From an uncultured Planctomycetia bacterium (GTDB lineage Bacteria > Omnitrophota > Gorgyraeia > JABMRG01): a stretch of DNA of 64,000 nt. The stretch is taken from assembly GCA_964634945.1 (NCBI GenBank), contig CAZWMG010000002.1, forward strand, positions 38,661 to 102,660. The letters are read 5' to 3'. Shown here one piece after another: positions 18,429-25,836 of this stretch (its first letter is position 1; every line of letters starts with the position of its first letter). The position numbers and the translations under genes are program-made. Below the pieces are notes generated by a model that worked only from the letters and a program-made list of their open reading frames with translations, did no database searches and had not been told where the DNA came from.

Positions 18429-18746
18429 ATGAAAAGTAAACTCGGTATTGAAGAAGTGCAGATAGTTTTGATCAAGCCTACAAATGGTTTAATTGGTTTT
18501 GCTTCCTGTGTTACTAACGGTCAATTTTACATTGGCAATATAGCGATATATACATCCTTGAGTAAGCCTGGTGAGTACCGCTTGACCTATCCAACAAAAA
18601 AGCTGTCTTCTGGTAAGCAATTGCCATGCATACACCCAATAAATAAAGAAACAGAGGCTGCTATACAAGAAGCGATTATAGCAAAATACAAAAAATTGAT
18701 TGAGGAAGTGATAGAGAATGATGAAAAAGCTCAAGGTGGGGCCTAG
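18429..18746 (+). CDS. spoVG: SpoVG-family nucleic-acid-binding protein
   Basis: IGFASCV...FYIGNIAI...LTYP...IHPINKETEAAIQEAIIAKY; RBS AGGAG. Confidence 0.8.
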   Translation: MKSKLGIEEVQIVLIKPTNGLIGFASCVTNGQFYIGNIAIYTSLSKPGEYRLTYPTKKLSSGKQLPCIHPINKETEAAIQEAIIAKYKKLIEEVIENDEKAQGGA

Positions 18747-19257
18747 AAACTTTTTGTACTATTTATCTAATCAGTATAATTATTTTAAGGAATTATCAAG
18801 ATTAGATGAAGATGGCTCATTTTATAAAAGTGATAAAATTGCTGCAGAATACATAAATGTTTCAAGCAAAACTATTAAGAGATGGCGAGAGATCTTAAAG
18901 AAAGAAGGTTTTATATATTTTATTCCTGGCAGGCATGTAGGAGATGCTACAAGATACTGGATATTAAAAGAGAATGACAAAATGGATGGGAAGGGTGACA
19001 AATTGAACGGAGAGGGTGACAAATTGTCATATAGAGGTAGACAAAATGTCCCCCCATATAAAGAAATAATAAAAGAAAAAAATAAAGAAAAAAGAGAAGA
19101 GAACTATATTTCTCCCTTTTTTTTTAAAACAAAAAAAATCACTGAAAAAACAAAAACCCTTGAAGATGTTTCCGCAGAGACAATAAATGAGCTTCGAGAA
19201 GTATTAGGTGAAGAACAGCTAAACAGATATTTGCTAGATAAAGGATATGTGAAATAA
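18718..19257 (+). CDS. HTH replication-initiator-like protein with internal iterons
   Basis: wHTH (IAAEYINVSSKTIKRWREILKKEGFI), then DNA repeats and a K/E/N-rich segment as in lambda-O-like initiators. Confidence 0.65.
   Translation: MMKKLKVGPRNFLYYLSNQYNYFKELSRLDEDGSFYKSDKIAAEYINVSSKTIKRWREILKKEGFIYFIPGRHVGDATRYWILKENDKMDGKGDKLNGEGDKLSYRGRQNVPPYKEIIKEKNKEKREENYISPFFFKTKKITEKTKTLEDVSAETINELREVLGEEQLNRYLLDKGYVK
18976..19050 (+). repeat. Four iteron-like GACAAA(A/T)TG repeats (putative origin)
   Basis: Starts at 18976, 18997, 19018, 19040 (spacing 21/21/22), followed by an A-rich tract. Confidence 0.7.
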
Positions 19258-19258
19258 A

Positions 19259-19456
19259 ATGACCAGAACCCCTTTAAAGGCTATAAGAGCTAAGCGCCTT
19301 GAGTGCACAGGACGGCCTAAAGATATAAGATTGTGCCCAAGTCTAGAATGCCCCCTGCACTTATATAGGATGGGAAAGAACCCTAATAGGAAAGGCATCG
19401 GTAATTTAAAGCCTAGTTTTTGTGCAAAAAATGCATCTCAGCAAGATGTTTTATAG
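19259..19456 (+). CDS. Small Cys-containing phage-type protein
   Basis: LKAIRAKRLEC...CPSLECPLHLYRMG pattern. Confidence 0.55.
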   Translation: MTRTPLKAIRAKRLECTGRPKDIRLCPSLECPLHLYRMGKNPNRKGIGNLKPSFCAKNASQQDVL

Positions 19457-19567
19457 AGATCAGCCTATTGCAGGGCGTAACCGCCAGAAGAAAATAAGTT
19501 TTTTAAAAAACTAAGCTGAATTGTGGAAAATGACAAAATCAAACATATTCAAACAGGTTAGAGAAAA

Positions 19568-19945
19568 ATGGCTCAGGAGCTTAGTAGTAGACAGATAAAA
19601 GCCGCACTTAATTATTTAAGCGCACCCTCTGTAGATGAGGCATGTAAAAAATCTAATATAGCAAGATCAACCTTCTATAAGTGGATGCAGGATGAGAACT
19701 TTAGCTCATTTTTGGCCCAAAAGCGCGAAGAAATCACTAGAGAGGCCTTAAGCAGACTTAAAGATTCTTTAGTGGGCGCTGTTTCTAAGTTGGTAAGCCT
19801 GGTTAACTCTGATAATGAGCAGATAGCCAGGCTTAGCTCTAAGGACATCATCGATTATGTGTTAAAAACTATAGAACTAGAAAAAATTGAACAGAGAATG
19901 GTCAAGATAGAAGAGGCTTTGCAAACTAAGGGGTGTAGAGTATGA
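19568..19945 (+). CDS. HTH protein resembling small terminase subunit / phage HTH
   Basis: LSSRQIKA...EACKKSNIARSTFYKW followed by helical oligomerisation-type region. Confidence 0.6.
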   Translation: MAQELSSRQIKAALNYLSAPSVDEACKKSNIARSTFYKWMQDENFSSFLAQKREEITREALSRLKDSLVGAVSKLVSLVNSDNEQIARLSSKDIIDYVLKTIELEKIEQRMVKIEEALQTKGCRV

Positions 19946-20163
19946 GGATTCAGCAGAAACTAGATAAAATCGACTGCATGCTTGGTATCAATTCAATAAC
20001 AGGCAAAGAAGGTAAGATAAAAGGAACATTAGCAACCCTGGTAAAACAAGCCTGCGGAGCAATCCCAGCAGATGTTGAGATTGAATATGATGGGGAGCTT
20101 GGCAGGGTTATCAAAATGCATGCCGAAGGCAAGTGTGACGAAAGTGACATTCAAATCCTATAA
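19942..20163 (+). CDS. Hypothetical protein
   Basis: ATGA overlap with upstream gene. Confidence 0.5.
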   Translation: MRIQQKLDKIDCMLGINSITGKEGKIKGTLATLVKQACGAIPADVEIEYDGELGRVIKMHAEGKCDESDIQIL

Positions 20164-20278
20164 AACTGGTGAATTGGGCACCAGGTGGGCAGTAGGGGCA
20201 TATAGGTATCATATAACATATTTATAATAAACAGGTTATGCTAAATCGAGTAAGAATATAAAGTTCTTAACCAGGGAG

Positions 20279-20833
20279 ATGCATATCATGAGAGACATTG
20301 AAGAAATGGAAGATGATGATCCGATGGGGCACGATCCGACAGAGCTGTATATGTATGGCATGAATCCCAAATCTGATAAGGGTAGACATTTTAGGAATAA
20401 CATCTTATGGTGGAGACCATTATGGAATTATTTAATTCATAACTGCAGTGATCTTTTAACAGAAAATCAGTTGAACAGCTCGCATGATTGGGACTTTAAG
20501 GATATTAGTGAAAAACAAGCTCTTTTAATAGCCCAAAGGCTCAATGAACATATAGCATCTGGAAAAGTGGAAACCTATAGCAATATTTTTGAATATATAA
20601 AAGGAACTTCAGGCCCTGTGCCATGTACATACTGCAATGGTGAAGGTGTTATTACCAAAGATTATACAAACTATAAGGAATCAGATTGCGATGTATGCCA
20701 TGGTGATCGCGTAATATCTATTATAAGTGTATTTTATTATTTTAGTGAAAATAATGTAAAAAGATTTGCAGATTTTGCTCAAAACAGTGGTGGCATTAAC
20801 ATTTATAATGAACTTCAGCCTATGTATAGGTAA
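20279..20833 (+). CDS. Hypothetical phage-type protein with DnaJ-like CxxCxGxG zinc ribbon
   Basis: FRNNILWWRPLW; CTYCNGEG and CDVCHGDR. Confidence 0.6.
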   Translation: MHIMRDIEEMEDDDPMGHDPTELYMYGMNPKSDKGRHFRNNILWWRPLWNYLIHNCSDLLTENQLNSSHDWDFKDISEKQALLIAQRLNEHIASGKVETYSNIFEYIKGTSGPVPCTYCNGEGVITKDYTNYKESDCDVCHGDRVISIISVFYYFSENNVKRFADFAQNSGGINIYNELQPMYR

Positions 20834-20930
20834 AAACCAATAGAGCTAAAAATGAAGAAACAGGTATTCTAAGATATGGTAGCGATCCTTAGTGTTTAAC
20901 ATAAGAACTATAAGTTCTAAGCCAGTATTT

Positions 20931-21128
20931 ATGGAAAAACTATTAACAGTAAAAGATGTAAGTATGGTATTCCAAATGAGTCCAAAAACCATTAGACACT
21001 GGGCTCAGATAGGATATATACCTCATTATAAATACAGAAAAGAAATAAGGTTTAATGGAGTAGAGCTTCAAAGATGGTCGTTAAGGAAAAAAATTAAAGG
21101 ACGTTCAAAATATACTCTAGAGGTATAA
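20931..21128 (+). CDS. Excisionase-like HTH (HTH_17/MerR-like)
   Basis: LLTVKDVS...SPKTIRHW...IPHYK...IRF. Confidence 0.8.
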   Translation: MEKLLTVKDVSMVFQMSPKTIRHWAQIGYIPHYKYRKEIRFNGVELQRWSLRKKIKGRSKYTLEV

Positions 21129-21133
21129 AATGC

Positions 21134-21179
21134 TTGACTTATCTATATATTGTAGTAAAATATTCCTATATGGAATATT
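21134..21179 (+). promoter_or_regulatory. TA promoter with palindromic operator
   Basis: TTGACT ... TAAAAT overlapping AATATTCC-N5-GGAATATT (21159-21179). Confidence 0.6.
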
Positions 21180-21225
21180 ATTATGCCCACAAATTATCGT
21201 ACACGTATAAATATAAGGTATTGTT

Positions 21226-21582
21226 ATGTCTTTTTGGAATATTAAGCTCACTGATAAGTTTGAAATAAGATATGAGGCGTTTGAGGAAAAATACGAAGAG
21301 GAAATAATATCCGCTTGGGATAACTTAGATGCTTATTTAAAAGCGTTGCAAGGCGTTGATAATCCCCTAAAGGTGAATAGCGGATATATTCATATAGAAA
21401 CAAAAGGCATGATCGCGATTGATCAAACAAAGGCAGATAGAAAACTAAGAGAAATTAGGCTGTATATATATCCTGATGTAAAAACTAAAACATTACTGCT
21501 TTTAACAATAGGAGACAAGAGAACTCAAAAGAAAGACATCCAATTTGCAGTGAATTGTATCAAAAAATATAAAGGAAAATAA
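21226..21582 (+). CDS. RelE/HigB-like type II toxin
   Basis: IRLYIY...LLLLTIGDKRTQKKDI; toxin-first arrangement with HTH partner. Confidence 0.65.
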   Translation: MSFWNIKLTDKFEIRYEAFEEKYEEEIISAWDNLDAYLKALQGVDNPLKVNSGYIHIETKGMIAIDQTKADRKLREIRLYIYPDVKTKTLLLLTIGDKRTQKKDIQFAVNCIKKYKGK

Positions 21583-21583
21583 A

Positions 21584-22162
21584 ATGCAGAAACAATATAA
21601 TAAAGTTTCAGATTTAGTAAAGAGTATATCAAAGAGTAGCAAAGTAAAAGAAAAAACTTTAAAAGAAATTGAGAACAGATCAATTTCTAAGTTTTTGTTT
21701 TTTTTAAGATGTGAACATAATCTAACTCAAAAAATACTCGCAGAAAAAATTGGTTGTACACAAAGCAGAGTTTCCAAAATAGAATCTTCATATGATGCGG
21801 ATTTATCAGTAAAAGATTTATTAGATTACGGCGACGCAATTAATTTAAACCTAGAATTAGGGTATAGACAGAAAAATGCTAAAATTACTGATTTAATTAA
21901 ATATCATGTAATTAGAGCAAAGGAATATCTTTCCATGCTTACGGATATGGTTAAAGGAGATAAAACTATTAAGGGTGGAGTTCTTAATTTTATGGAAGAA
22001 TGTTTATATAATTTTTTAGATGGACTTACAAAAAGTTTGCAAAAACTTAACTTAAGAAAAAATATTTCTGAGCCAAAAGATATTATACATATTTCCCCAC
22101 CTTTGCATGATAGGAAGATAGCAGAGTCCAATGAATCGGAAAAACTTGCAGGAAAAACTTAA
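21584..22162 (+). CDS. XRE-family HTH antitoxin/regulator with C-terminal extension
   Basis: LTQKILAEKIGCTQSRVSKIES. Confidence 0.75.
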   Translation: MQKQYNKVSDLVKSISKSSKVKEKTLKEIENRSISKFLFFLRCEHNLTQKILAEKIGCTQSRVSKIESSYDADLSVKDLLDYGDAINLNLELGYRQKNAKITDLIKYHVIRAKEYLSMLTDMVKGDKTIKGGVLNFMEECLYNFLDGLTKSLQKLNLRKNISEPKDIIHISPPLHDRKIAESNESEKLAGKT

Positions 22163-22232
22163 TTTTTTATTCGAGCATTTCTTATTAATATAGAAATATA
22201 TGTTAATTAAGTAAAATAAAGGTTGAATTATA

Positions 22233-23135
22233 ATGTATTTTGAGCACAAGGAACTTTTAAAACCACCAATTGCAAGAGCAGCGTATAGCGACAGAACAGC
22301 TTGGTTGATGGCAGAGCTTTCTTACCTTGCTTATCTAAAATATGAAGTAGATAAAAAGCAAAAATTAGAATCATGTCTTAAGGAAGCGGAACTTGATCTT
22401 GTGAATATTTACAATCAAGGTGGGACTCAAGCATATTTAGCTAAAAATATCAATAGCAATATGGCGGTTTTAGCTTTTAGGGGGACGGAGATTGAAGGTC
22501 TTACATTAGAAACAATGCTCGATGTATGGACCGATTTATTTTTTAAATATCATAAAGACGATAGAGGCGTATTAACTCATAAGGGATTTCTCAACGCATT
22601 CGAAAATGTAAGAGAGCATATACAATCAGATCTTAGAACAATACCAGAATTTTCTTTGTATATTACGGGTCATTCTTTAGGTGGAGCCTTAGCTCTTATA
22701 GCGACTAAAATATTTAATTCAGATAACATAGCAGCTTGTTACACTTTTGGTAGTCCTAAAGTAGGGAATGAGGATTTTGATGACGAGATAAAACCCCCTA
22801 TTTATAGGGTAGTCAATGATGTTGATTTAGTGCCTTTTTTACCTTTTACGCCAATAATGCATGTTTTATCAATTTTTAACAAAAAATGTAAAAAGCTTAA
22901 AAAACTCCTTACATATATGTCACACTATAAACATACGGGTCACGTGCAATTTTTAGAAAAAACAAAGGGAAGCAAAGCAGAAATAAAGACACGAAAAAAC
23001 TATGGTGAAATAACTCGTTCTATTGATCTCTTAAGAAGAACTATAACTAAAAACAAAAAAGCGGGAGTAGATTGTCATTCAATGGACGAATATTGTAAAA
23101 AATTAGCTAAATACGCACAGCAAAGATTAAAATAA
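22233..23135 (+). CDS. Class 3 lipase
   Basis: VLAFRGT, HKGF, TGHSLGGALA, YTFGSPKVGN, DLVPFLP, C-terminal His. Confidence 0.9.
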   Translation: MYFEHKELLKPPIARAAYSDRTAWLMAELSYLAYLKYEVDKKQKLESCLKEAELDLVNIYNQGGTQAYLAKNINSNMAVLAFRGTEIEGLTLETMLDVWTDLFFKYHKDDRGVLTHKGFLNAFENVREHIQSDLRTIPEFSLYITGHSLGGALALIATKIFNSDNIAACYTFGSPKVGNEDFDDEIKPPIYRVVNDVDLVPFLPFTPIMHVLSIFNKKCKKLKKLLTYMSHYKHTGHVQFLEKTKGSKAEIKTRKNYGEITRSIDLLRRTITKNKKAGVDCHSMDEYCKKLAKYAQQRLK

Positions 23136-23137
23136 AT

Positions 23138-23156
23138 CTTGCCCAAATCTTGCCCA
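23138..23156 (+). repeat. Tandem TTGCCCA pair (putative arm-type site, right end)
   Basis: cttgcccaaatcttgccca. Confidence 0.65.
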
Positions 23157-23288
23157 TTTTAGAGCTCTACAAAGGTTTTTAAGCGGACAAAAACGGACAT
23201 AAATTCTGCGAGTAACTTATAGCAATATCAACAACTTGTGTCATAATTCGTTGAAATGCAAGGAGTTACAAAAGCACCCTTAGAGGTT

Positions 23289-23305
23289 TCCCTGCCTCTC
23301 CGCCA
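23289..23305 (+). repeat. att core: duplicate of tRNA-Ser 3' end
   Basis: Identical 17-mer to 11649-11665. Confidence 0.92.
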
Positions 23306-23390
23306 GTTGTTTTAGCTATTTGGAAAATTTGCTTTTCTATTGCAAATTTTCCTTGACTTTTAAGCGAGGATAATATATACTTTTAATGCC

Positions 23391-24617
23391 ATGAGAAAAA
23401 TATATATACATAGGCAGATAGAAAGCGTCCTTAAGAAAGCCGCAAAACAGTTTTGCGCGGTTGCGGTAACTGGCCCTAGGCAGTCAGGTAAATCTACATT
23501 GCTCAAGGAGTTATTTTCAAAAACACATAATTATGTTACGTTTGATGACCCTATTGTGCGGGAACAGGCCATATCTGACCCGCGTTTATTTTTAGATAAC
23601 GCGGGCGAGAAAGTCATTATTGATGAGATTCAATATGCGCCTCAGATACTATCCTATGTTAAAATGGTGATAGATAATAATAGAGAAAGAAAAGGGCAGT
23701 TTATATTTACCGGTTCCCAGCAATTTGTGATGATTAAAAATTTGGGTGATTCTCTTGCAGGCAGAATCGCGCTTTTGGATCTTTTGCCGTTTAGCATTAA
23801 TGAAAGCCGACGTGTTCCAAGAAAAACCAAGATGCTTGATACTACTGAAAAGTGCCTTGTCGATTCTTGTCTTTTTGGCTCATTTCCAGAACTTGTTACA
23901 GCAAAAAGCATCAATTCTAATGCATGGTATGGCGCGTATTTAAGAACTTATTTGGAAAGGGATATCAGCACAACTTATAATATAGGCCGATTAAGAGAAT
24001 TTCAGCTTTTTGTTCAGTTGTTAGCATCACGATGTTCGCAGGAATTGAATCTTTCCGCACTTTCTAATGATATAGGCGCCAGCGTTAATACGATTAAGAG
24101 ATGGGTATCAATTCTTCAGGCAAGTAGAATCATATATTTGTTGCCGCCGTACTATCAGAATTTTGGAAAAAGAATTACAAAAACACCAAAAGTATATTTT
24201 TTGGATAATGCTTTAGCTTGTTATTTGTTAGGGATAAAGGATAAAGAAACTTTACTGAAAGGCCCTATGGCGGGCGCCTTATGCGAAAATTTTTATATAC
24301 AAGAAACCATCAAGCATTATTTTAATTTTGGACTAAAGCCGCAGCTCTATTATTTTCGCCTGAGGAATAGCTTAGAGGTAGACTTGATAATAGAGCATGC
24401 TGATAGAAAATTGTCACTTATCGAGATAAAACTGTCAAAAACTCCAAATAAAAAGATGACAGCCAATATAGGCGCATTCAAAAAGAATTTTTCAAAATTA
24501 GTGGTTAAAGATAGTAGGGTTCTTTGCTTAAATGATACTGATATGCTATTGGCAAAAGATGTTTATTGCCAGGGGTTAGATAGTTACCTCGAATATCTTA
24601 ATAGCCATGTTCAATAA
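23391..24617 (+). CDS. AAA+ ATPase with DUF4143 / C-terminal nuclease-like domain
   Basis: GPRQSGKST, IIDEIQ, FTGSQ, SLAGR, KTPKVYFLD, EVDLII...IEIK. Confidence 0.9.
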   Translation: MRKIYIHRQIESVLKKAAKQFCAVAVTGPRQSGKSTLLKELFSKTHNYVTFDDPIVREQAISDPRLFLDNAGEKVIIDEIQYAPQILSYVKMVIDNNRERKGQFIFTGSQQFVMIKNLGDSLAGRIALLDLLPFSINESRRVPRKTKMLDTTEKCLVDSCLFGSFPELVTAKSINSNAWYGAYLRTYLERDISTTYNIGRLREFQLFVQLLASRCSQELNLSALSNDIGASVNTIKRWVSILQASRIIYLLPPYYQNFGKRITKTPKVYFLDNALACYLLGIKDKETLLKGPMAGALCENFYIQETIKHYFNFGLKPQLYYFRLRNSLEVDLIIEHADRKLSLIEIKLSKTPNKKMTANIGAFKKNFSKLVVKDSRVLCLNDTDMLLAKDVYCQGLDSYLEYLNSHVQ

Positions 24618-24720
24618 TTTTCTGTCACAATTCTAACACGTTGACATTTTTCCCACTTGTAATATAATATAAATCAAGCGGTTACGGAAACAGGGTTCGA
24701 ACAAAGCGGAGAACACACCG

Positions 24721-24819
24721 CCATGCACCACTCACTTTGCTTATATGGTGCATGCCCTGAACCCGAACTGCGAAGCAGTGAGTGGTTTAGGGCAAAGCTC
24801 GGATGCATGGCACGCCATC
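24721..24819 (+). repeat. Structured repeat, homologous to 52789-52858
   Basis: Shared CCATGYACCACTC...CCTGAAC...GTGGTTYAGGG...GCTCGGRTRCATGGCAC-GCCATC. Confidence 0.7.
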
Positions 24820-24882
24820 TAGCTTGGATATTTAAAGTCTTTCTGGATTTTTTCTCGGGTTCGCTGTACAGCAGGTGGAAAT

Positions 24883-25149
24883 ATGCATTATGTTTATGTA
24901 CTTATAAGCTTAAAAGACCGCAAATTTTATATAGGTTATTCCGAAGATGTTTCTCGTCGGGAAAAAGACCACAATTCAGGTAAGAATCTAAGCACTAAAT
25001 CCCGCCGGCCGCTCAAAATGTTTTATTATGAAGCTCATTTTTCAAAGCAAGATGCTATGAAAAGGGAACGATACTTTAAAACAGCAAGGGGCAAAACTAC
25101 GCTAAAGCAAATAGCAAAACATTCGATTCAAGAGTTGCTAAAAGGTTGA
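24883..25149 (+). CDS. Small GIY-YIG nuclease
   Basis: YVYVL...FYIGYS, HNSG, STKSRRP, AMKRERYFK. Confidence 0.9.
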   Translation: MHYVYVLISLKDRKFYIGYSEDVSRREKDHNSGKNLSTKSRRPLKMFYYEAHFSKQDAMKRERYFKTARGKTTLKQIAKHSIQELLKG

Positions 25150-25836
25150 GTAGTTTTTTATCCATTTTTACATTTCTTACATATTTTAATTTTTTTGATA
25201 TTTATGATACACTGGATAAAAGCTAATAGTTAAATTTTAGGCAAAGCAGGATAGGGCCCTAATGAGATATAGAGATTTATATCCTGAAGATGGCGTTCCT
25301 CAACGGATGTATTGTAGCGGCTGCAATGGACATTTGGTATTGTTTCTATTCGAACCCTGTTATAATAGGACTGCTCTAAATGGGAATAATCTGTTATAAT
25401 GAAGACCTCAAAGAAAGGAGGCTATTTAGAGTAGCAAAAAGTAGGGGCTTGACCGTTAAAAGGCCTCACTCCAGAAAAACTTACGAATACCTGGAAGAAG
25501 CAAAAACAACAGAAAACACTAGATTCTCAGCTTACAATCTGTACAGTGTAAGGGGTAAGGTCACTACAACAACCGTGGAATTATTTATTTTCAGTAGGAG
25601 AAATATGCAAAGGCCTAGGCAGATGTGCATGAAGCGGAAAGATTAGGATGTACAGTTAATCCTGAGTTCCTTAATGCGCTTAAGAAGGTATCGAGTAGAG
25701 AACAATAGTGGAATGGATAATTTATCGTGATGTCAAAAAAAAGTAGGGGCAGAGCCTGCAGTTGTTGTCAAAAAAAGAAAATAGAAAACAGGCTTGATAC
25801 TATTTTAATAAATTGAAAAGATAGGATATCTTTTAG

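Larger units (their letters stand above)
11649..23305. mobile_element. tRNA-Ser-integrated genomic island / phage-satellite-like element (~11.6 kb)
   Basis: 17-bp TCCCTGCCTCTCCGCCA at 11649-11665 and 23289-23305; tyrosine integrase, excisionase-like HTH, rep-like HTH; no capsid/tail genes seen. Confidence 0.9.
24689..25361. mobile_element. Putative GIY-YIG mini-element bounded by 13-bp inverted repeats
   Basis: AACAGGGTTCGAA (24689-24701) / TTCGAACCCTGTT (25349-25361). Confidence 0.45.

Noticed and set aside
11649-23305. Complete prophage
   Set aside because: No large terminase, portal, capsid, tail or lysis genes recognised; too small.
24723-24983. 86-aa ORF overlapping GIY-YIG
   Set aside because: Translation of the hairpin repeat; no protein features.
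25380-25646. 88-aa ORF (also 28827-29051)
   Set aside because: No recognisable motif or convincing support; left unannotated.
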